NCBI GenBank assembly: GCA_965198225.1
Contig: CBDAOY010000007.1
Coordinates: 640,001-704,000, forward strand
DNA length: 64,000 nt
Direction of reading: 5' to 3'
Origin: Terriglobia bacterium
GTDB lineage: Bacteria; Acidobacteriota; Terriglobia; 20CM-2-55-15
Of this stretch, positions 49,180 to 59,118 are shown piece by piece. A program made the position numbers and the translations under genes. The first letter of the stretch is position 1; each line of letters starts with the position of its first letter. The notes beneath the pieces were generated by a model, which was not told the DNA's origin, ran no database searches, and saw only the letters and a list, made by a program, of their open reading frames with translations.

Positions 49180-51675
49180 ATGTCGACCCGCTCGGAACTC
49201 AAGCTAAGCATTGAAGATATCCGAACTCGGTTCTTCGCCGATCCGGTGAATTTCAAGGCCGAAGAGGCTCTGTGCGCGATCATGGACAACGCGCTGGGTC
49301 ACTTGTGGAAATCCCAGCAAAACAGGGCGGCTTATGCGGTCATGGCGGTGGGGGGGTATGGTCGTCGGGTTTTTCATCCAAACTCGGATCTCGACCTCTT
49401 GATCTTCTTCACCGATCGGGTTGTCGAGGAGATCGTCAACGATCTCCTCACGCCGTTGTGGGACCTGGATTTCCGGGTGGGTCACCAGGTCCGCGAATCC
49501 TCCGATTTCAGACACTTTGAACCGGAGCAGATGGAATCCTACACCGCCTTTCTGGACGCCCGTTTTCTCTTCGGCGAAGCCGCGGTTGCGGATTCCTTCA
49601 CCGACGAGGTGCTCGGTGGGCTGCTGCGTCGAAGCCAGCGGCGGCTCCTCCGGGCGCTCGTCGACATGAAGGATGTGAGGTATGAGCGCTACGGCGGCAC
49701 CGTTTTTCAACTGGAGCCCGACCTCAAGGATGCTCCCGGGGGGCTTCGCGACTACCACTGGACTCGCTGGGTTACCCGCGTCCTCGAACAGAGTGACGAC
49801 GATCCCCAGGCCGAAGCCGTCGATTTTCTCCACCGACTGCGCAACTACCTGCATTTCATGTCCGGCCGGGATCAGAACGAGCTTTCCTACGAATATCAGG
49901 AGCGAATCGCTGTGGAACTGGGGTACGTGGACTCAGACCGGGGCGAAGCGGCCGAGCACCTGATGCGCGACTATTTCCTCAGGGCGGAAGAAATCGCTCG
50001 GAGTTTGTCGAAATGGGAGAGCGAGGTGGTCGGGCCGCCCGACTTGCTGACTGTAAGGGAGCAGCCCCGCGATCAGCAAGAGATCATGGCGGTGTTCCTC
50101 GAGGCTCACCGCAGAAAGATGACGATCGATGCCGGCACACTCGGCCGCGTTCGAGACGCCCTCGCGAGCAGCACGGCGGATGACTTTGCTGACGAGGTCT
50201 ACGGCCAGACCGTGCTGGATATGATGCGTGACCGGCGCGGCATCTACCGGACTCTGCGACTCATGCATCAGGTCGGTGTGCTCGGCCGCATCTTTCCGGA
50301 ATTCGAAGAAATCCGGTGTCGCGTGATCCGGGATTTTTTCCACAAGTACACGGTTGATGAGCACTCGCTGATCGCGATCCGTAACATAGAGGAGCTGGGA
50401 GCCGAACCAGGCGCGCGCGGGGCTCGACGGGGTCTGGGAGCCATTTTGGCCGAGATGGAGAGCCCGGAGTTGCTTCTGCTGGCTCTACTGCTCCACGACA
50501 TCGGGAAGTCGGCCCAGCACCCCGAGGGCGATCACGTTTGTTCGAGCGTGGAGGGAGTGGATGCCGTGCTCGAGCGGGTCGGTCTGTCGGACGCGGAACA
50601 GGAACGAGTCCGGGCGGTCATCCGGAACCACCTCGAGATGTCCAAAATCATCCTGCGTCGAGACCTCGCCGACCCGAACGTGATTGCGCAGTTTGCCAAG
50701 CTGGTCGGAACCCGGGAAGACCTCAGGATGCTGTGCCTTCTAACCTACGCCGACATGAAGGCTGTCAGTCCTGAGGTTCTGACGTCGTGGAAAGAGGATC
50801 TGCTCTGGCAGCTCTACGTCGAGACCTACAACCATCTGCTGCATGGCTTCGCCGACGATCGTTACATGCAGGAGGAAGATCTCGAGGGTGAGATCAATGG
50901 AATCCTCCGATTCGTTCCCTCCCACGCCGGTGTCGCCGCTCTGCGGAGTTTCCTGGACGGCGTTCCTCGCCAGTACCTGAGGACGACACCAAAAGACCAG
51001 ATAGCCAGGCACTTCGAGCAGTACCAGAAACTGTCGGAAGAGGTTGAGATGGTGATGCACGTGGCCGGGCGAGACGGTTTCCACGAGATTCTGGTGATGA
51101 CCCCGGACCGCCCGTACCTGTTTTCGCGAATCACCGGCGTCCTGTCTTCCTACGGCATGAACATCCTTCGGGCTCAGGCTTTCGCGAACCGCAGTGGAGT
51201 GGTGTTCGACCTCATCACGTTCGAGGACGTCGATGAACGGCTCACCAAGAACCCGTCCGAGGTCGATCGGCTCCAACAAGTGATGGAAGCCGCCGTTGCC
51301 GGACGAGTCGAAGTCGAAGAACTGCTGCGTCGCAAGACGACCAGTGTCGTCTACCGCCGGACAAAGGGTGTCGTGCCGACGGGGGTCCACTTCGATGACG
51401 AATCTTCGGAGCGGTGCACGATCCTCGAGATCTCCGCCCACGATGACATCGGTCTGCTGTCCCACATCTCCGGCGTCTTGTCCGACCACGGCTGCAACAT
51501 CGAGGTGGCTTTGATCACCACCGAAGGAACCCGCGCGATCGACGTCTTCTACCTGACCAAAGATGATGCACGGTTGTCGCGCGAACTCCAGAATGCGCTT
51601 GAGCGGGATCTTTCCCCGGTTCTCGAGCCCCTCTCTCGATCCGTTGAAACGACTCCAGGACCGAATTCGCGGTAG
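49180..51675 (+). CDS. glnD: [Protein-PII] uridylyltransferase/uridylyl-removing enzyme
   Basis: AVGGYGR...SDLDL, LEPDLKDAPGGLRD, HKYTVDEH, LLHDIGK, two C-terminal ACT domains. Confidence 0.92.
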   Translation: MSTRSELKLSIEDIRTRFFADPVNFKAEEALCAIMDNALGHLWKSQQNRAAYAVMAVGGYGRRVFHPNSDLDLLIFFTDRVVEEIVNDLLTPLWDLDFRVGHQVRESSDFRHFEPEQMESYTAFLDARFLFGEAAVADSFTDEVLGGLLRRSQRRLLRALVDMKDVRYERYGGTVFQLEPDLKDAPGGLRDYHWTRWVTRVLEQSDDDPQAEAVDFLHRLRNYLHFMSGRDQNELSYEYQERIAVELGYVDSDRGEAAEHLMRDYFLRAEEIARSLSKWESEVVGPPDLLTVREQPRDQQEIMAVFLEAHRRKMTIDAGTLGRVRDALASSTADDFADEVYGQTVLDMMRDRRGIYRTLRLMHQVGVLGRIFPEFEEIRCRVIRDFFHKYTVDEHSLIAIRNIEELGAEPGARGARRGLGAILAEMESPELLLLALLLHDIGKSAQHPEGDHVCSSVEGVDAVLERVGLSDAEQERVRAVIRNHLEMSKIILRRDLADPNVIAQFAKLVGTREDLRMLCLLTYADMKAVSPEVLTSWKEDLLWQLYVETYNHLLHGFADDRYMQEEDLEGEINGILRFVPSHAGVAALRSFLDGVPRQYLRTTPKDQIARHFEQYQKLSEEVEMVMHVAGRDGFHEILVMTPDRPYLFSRITGVLSSYGMNILRAQAFANRSGVVFDLITFEDVDERLTKNPSEVDRLQQVMEAAVAGRVEVEELLRRKTTSVVYRRTKGVVPTGVHFDDESSERCTILEISAHDDIGLLSHISGVLSDHGCNIEVALITTEGTRAIDVFYLTKDDARLSRELQNALERDLSPVLEPLSRSVETTPGPNSR

Positions 51676-51677
51676 CC

Positions 51678-54491
51678 ATGGAACCCCGGGACCTCCTGCT
51701 CGCCCCAGAAGTCGATACCGAGGAGTTGGACGGCCTGTACAGGCGTCACGGATTCCGGTCGCCCACGGAGGCCGACCGGAACCTTCAGGAGATTGCCGGC
51801 AACGAGACGGATCGCCGGAACCTGGCGCGGTCAATCGATCCGATATTCACGGCGTTCGGATCGGCTGTCGATCCCGACACCGCCATGTCGAACCTGGAGC
51901 GCTATGTTTCGGAAATCGGAAATCGCTCCGAGTTCTTCGTGCGATTGGCCGAGGATCCCTCCCTGGTCGAGCTGCTGGCAAGCGCTCTCGGAGGCTCTTC
52001 GTTCCTTGCCGGAATTCTGATTCGGAACCCCGAGTACCTTCATGGCCTCCGAGCGGACCTGGAACGCGGGCCGAAGTCTCGTGAGGATTTCATCACCCGA
52101 GCCCGGGAATCGGTTCGAACCTTCGATGACCAACGCGATCGGCTGAACGCTCTTCACCGCTTCCAGCGTCGGGAGTTATTGCGTATCGGCGTTCGCGACC
52201 TTTCCGGAGAATCCCATGTGCGGGACATCACCCACGAGCTCTCCTGGCTTGCCGACGCGATCATACAGGTCGTGTTCGACGAGGCCTGGCGCGCGATGGG
52301 GGACAGGCTCGGAGAGAACTTCGAGTTTGCGGTGATCGCAGTCGGAAAACTCGGTGGGGAAGAGCTCAACTTCAGCTCCGACATCGACATCATCTACATC
52401 TATTCCGATGATGCCTACGCCGAGCTGGCGACGAAACTCGCCCGGCGGATAAACCAGGCACTGAGCGAGCCGACCGGCGAAGGAATGTTCTACCGTGTCG
52501 ACCTTCGTCTCAGGCCGGATGGAGGTCGGGGACCTATGGCCTCGTCGCTGAGGGCACTCCAGACCTACTACGATTCCTGGGGTGAGACTTTCGAACGGCT
52601 GGCTTTGTCGAAGGCCCGGTTCTCGGCCGGCCACCCCACCCTGGGAGAAACTTTTCTGAAACTGGTGGGACCCTTTGTCTACCGGCGATACCTGGACTAC
52701 GCGGCGATCGACGAAGTGCGGGACATCAAACGTCGCATCGACTCGCAGGTCGGATCGTCCGGCGAGCTGGAATTGAACGTGAAGCTGGGACGGGGCGGCA
52801 TCCGAGAGATCGAGTTCTTCGTCCAGGCCATACAGGTTCTCTACGGCGGCGAAATCCCCGGAATCCGGGTGAAAAGCACGCTGACATCCATCGATCGCCT
52901 CGAGGATGCTCTGCTGATCGAACGAGCCGTGGCCCGCCGGCTCCGGGACGCCTATGTGTTCCTCCGCAACGTCGAACACAAACTGCAGATTGTCGACTTC
53001 CGTCAGACGCACAGCCTGCCAAAGGACCGCGATGAACTCGCTCGGTGTGCCGCCCGGATGCAGATGTCCCTGCCGGCCTTCGAATCCACCCTCGATGCGC
53101 ATCGGAATTCGGTCCATGACGTGTTCGGTGATCTGTTTTCGAGGGGCTCGGCCGTCGAGGAAGGTCTTGCCGCCACCGTCCATCGTTTTGTACGTGGCGG
53201 GATGGACGATCGAGAGGCGCTCGAATGGCTCGAGGGGATGGGCTTTGAGCCGCGGCAGGCCCTGGACAACCTGCGGACACTGCGCGACGCACCCGCCTTC
53301 GGTCGTTCACCGACCCGCATGAAAAACCTGCTCGCCAACGTCGTCACGCCGCTGCTGGAAAACGCCTCGAAGCTGATCCGGCCTGGCCGAGTTCTGAATG
53401 GCTTTGAACGTATCACTTCTGAGGTCGGCGCTCGTGAAGCGCTATACACATCCCTGCTGGAGAGTCCCCGCTCGATTCCTCGCCTGGCACAGTTGTTTGC
53501 CCTCAGCGACTACCTGTCTGAAACGCTTTTCCGGAAGCCGGGAGCGGTCGAGTTCCTGATCGACGACAGCCTGTTGTCGCGCAAGATTCCACAACCCATC
53601 GAGAGCAGGAGCCGGCGTATCCACGAGTTCTACGTCGGCGCCCAGCATCTGTTCGGAATAATAAGCCGCAGGCAGGCGAGCCGACTGATGAGTCGTTTCG
53701 CTGAAAGGGAACTCCGGAATCGGCTGTCGGTCGGCGATTCGGTTGCGGTGTTTGCTCTCGGCAAGTTCGGTGAACGAGAACTGAACTATCGCTCCGACCT
53801 GGACGTGATCGCGTTTTATGAAGGGGACTACGCCGCCGCGTGCAGGATGGTGGAAGGGCTAACCGAGAGTCTCGGCGACGAGTTCCAGCTGGATCTGCGG
53901 CTGCGTCCCGAGGGACGGAAAGGCTCTCTCGTCTGGAACCTGGAGAGAACTGCAGCATACCTTGGGGACAGGGGAGAAACCTGGGAGCGGATGGCATGGA
54001 CCAAGGCACGATTTATCGCCGGTGACCGGAACCTGGCCGACCAGTTTGCGCCTCTCATCGACAATTTCGTTTACGGGCGAAGGTTCGGAACGGCCGAAGT
54101 CGATCAGATGAAGAGAATCCGCAAGAGAATGGAGCGGGAGCTCGCCAAAGAAAAGGAAGGGAGGTGGGATCTGAAACTGGGGAAGGGTGGGCTGGTCGAT
54201 CTGGAGTTCCTCGCCGAGTTTCTGCAGATTCACAAGCACATCCGGATACCAAACACCGCCCTTGTCCTCAAGCGCGCCGGCATTTCCGCGGAGCTGATCG
54301 GCGACTACCACTTTCTCCGCGACGTCGAGTCCATGCTCCGACTCTGGTCGCTCCACGCGAGTACGCAGATCGATGAGAAGGATCTTCCGGCGCTGGAGCT
54401 GATGCTGAGTCTGGAGAGTTTTCCGGAAACCTATGAGCGGGTGACGGAAAGAATTCGTGAAGCTTTTGAGGCGTATAGAGGAGAGGTGTAG
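51678..54491 (+). CDS. glnE: Glutamine synthetase adenylyltransferase/deadenylase
   Basis: Two nucleotidyltransferase domains: GKLGGEELNFSSDID...DLRLRPDG...KLGRGGIREIEF and GKFGERELNYRSDLD...DLRLRPEG...KLGKGGLVDLEF. Confidence 0.93.
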   Translation: MEPRDLLLAPEVDTEELDGLYRRHGFRSPTEADRNLQEIAGNETDRRNLARSIDPIFTAFGSAVDPDTAMSNLERYVSEIGNRSEFFVRLAEDPSLVELLASALGGSSFLAGILIRNPEYLHGLRADLERGPKSREDFITRARESVRTFDDQRDRLNALHRFQRRELLRIGVRDLSGESHVRDITHELSWLADAIIQVVFDEAWRAMGDRLGENFEFAVIAVGKLGGEELNFSSDIDIIYIYSDDAYAELATKLARRINQALSEPTGEGMFYRVDLRLRPDGGRGPMASSLRALQTYYDSWGETFERLALSKARFSAGHPTLGETFLKLVGPFVYRRYLDYAAIDEVRDIKRRIDSQVGSSGELELNVKLGRGGIREIEFFVQAIQVLYGGEIPGIRVKSTLTSIDRLEDALLIERAVARRLRDAYVFLRNVEHKLQIVDFRQTHSLPKDRDELARCAARMQMSLPAFESTLDAHRNSVHDVFGDLFSRGSAVEEGLAATVHRFVRGGMDDREALEWLEGMGFEPRQALDNLRTLRDAPAFGRSPTRMKNLLANVVTPLLENASKLIRPGRVLNGFERITSEVGAREALYTSLLESPRSIPRLAQLFALSDYLSETLFRKPGAVEFLIDDSLLSRKIPQPIESRSRRIHEFYVGAQHLFGIISRRQASRLMSRFAERELRNRLSVGDSVAVFALGKFGERELNYRSDLDVIAFYEGDYAAACRMVEGLTESLGDEFQLDLRLRPEGRKGSLVWNLERTAAYLGDRGETWERMAWTKARFIAGDRNLADQFAPLIDNFVYGRRFGTAEVDQMKRIRKRMERELAKEKEGRWDLKLGKGGLVDLEFLAEFLQIHKHIRIPNTALVLKRAGISAELIGDYHFLRDVESMLRLWSLHASTQIDEKDLPALELMLSLESFPETYERVTERIREAFEAYRGEV

Positions 54492-54555
54492 GTGCGGTCT
54501 ATGACCGCACATTGTGCCGATCCGAAGAGCGTGCGGTCATAGACCGCACCTACAC
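54486..54555. repeat. GTAG-type REP doublet (REPIN-like), family C
   Basis: Perfect 25-bp inverted arms GTGTAGGTGCGGTCTATGACCGCAC with a 20-bp spacer; each arm contains its own hairpin. Confidence 0.9.
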
Positions 54556-54558
54556 ACC

Positions 54559-54891
54559 CTAACTCACGTCCCGCTCACCGGTTCGTATGTTGTATCCCTC
54601 TTCCACGGGCAGGACGAACACCCGACCATCCCCTATTTCTCCTGTCCGGGCGGTCTCGATAATCGTCCTGATCGTGTCGTCGACCATCTCATCGGGAAGG
54701 ACGAGGTCGATCATGATCTTGGGCAGCAGCGTCACGCTGTATTCCGTCCCCCGATAGATGGCTTTGTGGCCTTTCTGGCGGCCATGGCCCCTGACTTCCG
54801 TCACGGTCAGCCCGGAGATATGGATCTTTGCCAGGGCGTCCTTGACTTCCTCGAGCTTGTTCGGACGGATGATTGCCTTCAGCAGTTTCAT
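54559..54891 (-). CDS. glnB: Nitrogen regulatory protein P-II
   Basis: GRQKGH...YRGTEY (T-loop Tyr51), TGEIGDGRVFV, IRTGE. Confidence 0.93.
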   Translation of the reverse strand: MKLLKAIIRPNKLEEVKDALAKIHISGLTVTEVRGHGRQKGHKAIYRGTEYSVTLLPKIMIDLVLPDEMVDDTIRTIIETARTGEIGDGRVFVLPVEEGYNIRTGERDVS

Positions 54892-54957
54892 ATAGACGTG
54901 CCTCCGGTCTAACGGAGTCGAACCGCGGTTCCTCCTCGAAGGGACCGCGGCCCACTC

Positions 54958-54984
54958 TATAGTGACCTGTTACAGGCCACTATA
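54958..54984. repeat. 27-bp palindrome: collapsed copy of the 63163-63434 element
   Basis: TATAGTGACCTGTTACAGGCCACTATA equals the fused outer ends of that element. Confidence 0.75.
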
Positions 54985-56395
54985 TATCGTAGTACAGTTC
55001 GAACTCATGTGGATGGGGCCGCAGACGGACCGCGTCCACTTCGTTCTCTCGCTTGTACCCGATCCAGGTGTCGATCACGTCCTTGGTGAATACGTCGCCT
55101 CTCAGCAGGTACTCGTGATCCGCCTCAAGCGCGTCCAGAGCCTCTTCCAGGCTGCCCGGTGTCGAGGCGATGTCCTTCTTCTCTTCCGGTTCCAGGTCGT
55201 ACAGATCTTTGTCGATCGGGTCCGGAGGCACGATCTTGTTCTCGATTCCGTCCAGGCCGGCCATCAGCATCGCGGCGAATGCGAGGTAGCCATTGCTCGA
55301 CGGATCAGGGATCCGGTATTCGAGCCGCTTCGCTTTCTCGCTCTTGGAGTAGGCGGGGATGCGCACGCACGCGCTGCGGTTGCGCTGGGAGTAGATCAGG
55401 TTTATCGGGGCTTCGTAGCCCGGGACGAGACGCCGGTAGGAATTGGTAGTCGGCGCGCAAAATGCCAGCAGTGCCGGGGTGTGCTTGAGCAGGCCGCCGA
55501 TGTAGTACTGGCAGTTCTTGCTCAAGTCTGCGTAATTGCCGGGTTCGTAGAACTGGTTCTGACCCTTCTTCCACAGGCTCTGGTGGACGTGCATCCCGGA
55601 TCCGTTGTCCATGAACACCGGTTTCGGCAGGAACGTGGCGGTCTTGCCGCGTCGTCGTGCGACGTTCTTCACGACGTATTTGTACATCTGTAGCTTGTCA
55701 GCCATACGGGTCAGGGTGTCGAAGCGCATGTCGATTTCGCACTGGCCCGCCGTCGCCACTTCGTGATGATGGACTTCGACTCGAACACCGATACTCTCGA
55801 GCGTCAACATCATCTCGGAACGGATATCCTGGAGCGAGTCGGTGGGAGGCACCGGAAAGTAGCCTTCCTTGTAACGCGGCTTGTAGCCCAGATTTGGGTT
55901 TTCCTCGCGGCCCGTGTTCCAGAACGCCTCGACGGAATCGACGTGGTAGTAGCCCCCTGAAGGGCCCTGGTCATACCGGACGTCATCGAAAATGAAGAAC
56001 TCCGGCTCCGGACCGAAGTAGACCGTGTCGGCGACCCCTGTGGCCTCCAGATGACGCTCGGCCTTCTGTGCGATGTATCTCGGGTCGCGGTTATAAGACT
56101 CACCCGTCACGGGATCTTGAACGTTACAGATTATGTTCAGGGTTGGGACCTCGGTGAATGGGTCCAGGAAAGTTGCGTCCGGGTCCGGAATCAGAAGCAT
56201 GTCGCTCTCTTGGATCTTCTGGTAGCCCCGGATGCTGGATCCATCAAAGCCGAGACCCTCGTCGAAGATGTCTTCGACCAGCTCTGCCGTAGAGATCGAA
56301 AAGTGCTGCCACATCCCGAGCAGGTCGACAAAGCGCAGGTCGGCGACTTTGACGCCTTTCTCCCGAGCGAACTCTATTACCTCTTTGGGCTTCAT
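54980..56395 (-). CDS. glnA: Glutamine synthetase type I-beta
   Basis: [37 protein letters not shown], adenylylation loop DKDLYDL. Confidence 0.97.
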   Translation of the reverse strand: MKPKEVIEFAREKGVKVADLRFVDLLGMWQHFSISTAELVEDIFDEGLGFDGSSIRGYQKIQESDMLLIPDPDATFLDPFTEVPTLNIICNVQDPVTGESYNRDPRYIAQKAERHLEATGVADTVYFGPEPEFFIFDDVRYDQGPSGGYYHVDSVEAFWNTGREENPNLGYKPRYKEGYFPVPPTDSLQDIRSEMMLTLESIGVRVEVHHHEVATAGQCEIDMRFDTLTRMADKLQMYKYVVKNVARRRGKTATFLPKPVFMDNGSGMHVHQSLWKKGQNQFYEPGNYADLSKNCQYYIGGLLKHTPALLAFCAPTTNSYRRLVPGYEAPINLIYSQRNRSACVRIPAYSKSEKAKRLEYRIPDPSSNGYLAFAAMLMAGLDGIENKIVPPDPIDKDLYDLEPEEKKDIASTPGSLEEALDALEADHEYLLRGDVFTKDVIDTWIGYKRENEVDAVRLRPHPHEFELYYDI

Positions 56396-56755
56396 GGTGG
56401 GTGAACCTCCGTGAATCAAACGAGTTTTAGTGAACGAAGACTGGCGGGTCCTGGGGAACCGGTTTTCCGCCAAAACGCGCTAGTCTACACCACGCGTGCG
56501 AGGGGACGCAAAATTATCTAGTACGATTGAAGAAATACGCGAAATTCGCACACATCCGTCACCTATCCACAAAAATATGGGCTCTACGGTGGCTATGTGT
56601 CATATATAATTTGCCAAATACGCATGATGATTTTCGCGCAAATATTGCGCGTCGGTAGGGTTGCAAGACGCGATCCGATGCTTTCAGGCCCAGCCAAAGG
56701 CGGATCTTGGAGGAATGGGATCAGTTGTTTAGAAAACGGGAAGCGCCCGTGGGGC

Positions 56756-56845
56756 CAAAGAGCGGGGTCCCTCATCTGGAGTTCGCTACGGCCGCATTAG
56801 CCTCGCAAAGAGCGGGGTCCCTCATCTGGAGTTCGCTACGGCCGC
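56756..56845. repeat. Two perfect 40-bp direct repeats, 50-bp period
   Basis: CAAAGAGCGGGGTCCCTCATCTGGAGTTCGCTACGGCCGC at 56756 and 56806. Confidence 0.9.
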
Positions 56846-56855
56846 TAGGAAAACG

Positions 56856-57191
56856 CTAACGTCCTTGGGCGCGCCGTTTGACCCTCTTGGCGAGGTCCTC
56901 GATCTTCTTCGCGAGTTCTTCGATCCGGTTGCTGCCTTCCACGAGTTTGGCCGAGGTGGTGTAGCCGTCGGCCGCCTCCACCTCTTCGACCAGGACCTTG
57001 GTCAGTTCAACCAACTCGTTCGTTGCCTCCTTCATCTCCGCCAGCCTCTCTTCACGGAAGTGTTGCTCGGCCCTGATCCGGGCCTTGACTTTCATATCCT
57101 GCGGTCCTTGGGACACCGCTCGGCTCTGGAAGAGGAAGACGATGAAGAAGGTGATCAATACAGCAAGGACAGTCTTTCGTTTGACGGTCAT
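56856..57191 (-). CDS. Small secreted coiled-coil hypothetical protein
   Basis: Signal peptide (MTVKRKTVLAVLITFFIVFLFQSRA) and an amphipathic helical body. Confidence 0.7.
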   Translation of the reverse strand: MTVKRKTVLAVLITFFIVFLFQSRAVSQGPQDMKVKARIRAEQHFREERLAEMKEATNELVELTKVLVEEVEAADGYTTSAKLVEGSNRIEELAKKIEDLAKRVKRRAQGR

Positions 57192-57555
57192 TTCTTCGGC
57201 AGTTTACACCGAGTTCTTGAAGAGAAGTGAGGAAAACCCGCGCTCGGCTTTTTCTGGAAGCTTGATCCTCCGGCTCGAGAATTTTGAGGGCTCAAACGTG
57301 CTGTCAGGCCTCCGCCATCGGCTGTTGCGTAGACGGGACGACAGTCTCCTCCGATTTGAGCTGATCGCTGAAAGTTGATGGGCAATTACCTACCCGAGAC
57401 TTGCATGTGGAAGTGGATTGGCGGGCGGGGAATGCACAAGAAACGGACCGAAGGCGGTCTCATGCATGCTAAAATTATTTGTTTGTGTGTCTTAAATCGC
57501 TTTCCGCCTGATCCGGTAGTTTGATTTCTGCACGCAGCCCAGCAAGCTAAGACGT

Positions 57556-58164
57556 ATGGAAATCTTCTCCGCGATCTCGGATTGGCTGCAGGAGACATTG
57601 CTGCCTTACGGCGGAATCGGTTTGATGCTGCTGGCGATCTGCGATTCGTCGTTTCTGTCGCTGCCCGAAGTGAACGACATCCTGTTGATGACGTTCTCGA
57701 TCGAACGACCGGAACGGATGCTGCTGTTTGCGGGGCTGACCACATTCGGGTCTCTGATCGGCTGCGCGATGCTGTATGCGGTCGGACGCAGCGGCGGTGA
57801 AGCGTTCCTGAAGAAGCGTTTCACGGACGAGCGACTAGCCCGGGTCGAAGGGTGGTACGCACGGTATGGGATGTTGGCCGTGATCGTGCCGTCGCTGTTA
57901 CCGCCGCCGACGCCGTTTAAGATCTTCGTGCTTTCCGCCGGCACCTTTGGAATCTCGTGGCCCCGATTCCTGTTGGCTGTCGTGGTCGGACGCAGCCTCC
58001 GGTACTTCTCGGAGGGAATCCTGGCTGTGATCTACGGCGCAGCCGCCATTGCTTTTGTCCAGCAGCACTACGGCAAGATCGGCGTTGCTGTTTCGGTCGC
58101 AATCATCGTGTCGGTTCTCCTGTATATCTACTCAGAACGTTGGACGCGAGGCCAGAAAAATTAA
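57556..58164 (+). CDS. YqaA/VTT (DedA superfamily) membrane protein
   Basis: DSSFLSLPE, LPPPTPFKIFVLSAG, GRSLRY. Confidence 0.88.
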   Translation: MEIFSAISDWLQETLLPYGGIGLMLLAICDSSFLSLPEVNDILLMTFSIERPERMLLFAGLTTFGSLIGCAMLYAVGRSGGEAFLKKRFTDERLARVEGWYARYGMLAVIVPSLLPPPTPFKIFVLSAGTFGISWPRFLLAVVVGRSLRYFSEGILAVIYGAAAIAFVQQHYGKIGVAVSVAIIVSVLLYIYSERWTRGQKN

Positions 58165-58179
58165 GGAAACCAAGAGACG

Positions 58180-59112
58180 TTGAAGCTAGCTGACCGCTCG
58201 ACTTTCCGAATTGATAGACTTTCGAGGGCCTCCGGGCTGATCCGAGCCCGAAGGGCTGCCTCCTGCGTACCCCTGATTCTGTTGCTTGCCGGATGCGGTG
58301 TTTCCCGACAGACCGTGATCCCGGCTCAGGAGTTGCCGTTTCCCGCGAAGGTAGCGACCCGACTGGAACTGCTCGACGACCTACAGAAGACCGGCGAATC
58401 CGTCGACACGCTGAGGGCGACAGTGACCCTGGAGGCTTCAGGTGGGGCGCTGACGACGGGCATTCTGACGTCCTACCGGGAGACGAGGGGTTTCCTCATC
58501 GTCCAGCGGCCCTCACACATTCGCCTCAAGGGGGAAGCCCCTCTGGCGCTGGCGACGGTTTTCGACATGGTTTCGGACGGGGAGATCTTCAGGGTATCCG
58601 TCCCCCTACAGAACACGTTCATCATCGGTGACACGACGGCGGTTACCGAAGCCGAGAACCCGGTGCTGAACCTCCGTCCACAGCACGTGATGGACGCCCT
58701 GTTCGTCGACATCCGCGACTACCTGGCCGATCGGCGTGTCCTGCCGGTCATGGAAGAAGCATTTGAAGGCCGACGCAGCTTCTATGTCTTCATGTTCATC
58801 GACAACAGCAGGACGGTTCCCCGCTTGATCGAAAAGCTCTGGATCGATCGACGCAACCTCACCGTGGCTCGCAAGCAGATCTTCGGAAAAGATGGAATCG
58901 TCCAGACCGACGTGGTTTACAACGCGTACAAGGTGTCCAATGGTGTCGCCTTTCCCCAGGACGTGTTCATCCGGCGTCCAGTCGAAGACTATTCCGTCAA
59001 GATCGAGTTCGTAAGGACCGAGCTGAACACGAGCCTTCCCGACAACGCCTTCTTTCTGCCTGCCCCCGTCGGCTCGGAGTTGATCCGTGTGGGAACCGAA
59101 TCCAACCGTTGA
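58180..59112 (+). CDS. Lipoprotein with a LolA/LolB-like fold (inferred)
   Basis: Lipobox LLAGC; beta-rich; LWIDRRNL...FPQDV...NTSLPDNAFFLP resembles Lol-fold C-termini; start uncertain. Confidence 0.65.
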   Translation: MKLADRSTFRIDRLSRASGLIRARRAASCVPLILLLAGCGVSRQTVIPAQELPFPAKVATRLELLDDLQKTGESVDTLRATVTLEASGGALTTGILTSYRETRGFLIVQRPSHIRLKGEAPLALATVFDMVSDGEIFRVSVPLQNTFIIGDTTAVTEAENPVLNLRPQHVMDALFVDIRDYLADRRVLPVMEEAFEGRRSFYVFMFIDNSRTVPRLIEKLWIDRRNLTVARKQIFGKDGIVQTDVVYNAYKVSNGVAFPQDVFIRRPVEDYSVKIEFVRTELNTSLPDNAFFLPAPVGSELIRVGTESNR

Positions 59113-59118
59113 ATAAAG

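Noticed and set aside
56590-56660. Sigma54 promoter or GlnR/TnrA box upstream of glnA
   Set aside because: TGGCA is present on the minus strand but there is no GC at the -12 spacing; TGTCA-N7 lacks the TNACA half-site
56756-56845. Mini-CRISPR
   Set aside because: Only two repeats, a 10-bp spacer, and no leader or cas gene
57200-57230. Possible IS256-like terminal repeat remnant (TTTACACCGAGTTCTTGAAGAG)
   Set aside because: Only a short resemblance, with no partner end or transposase fragment
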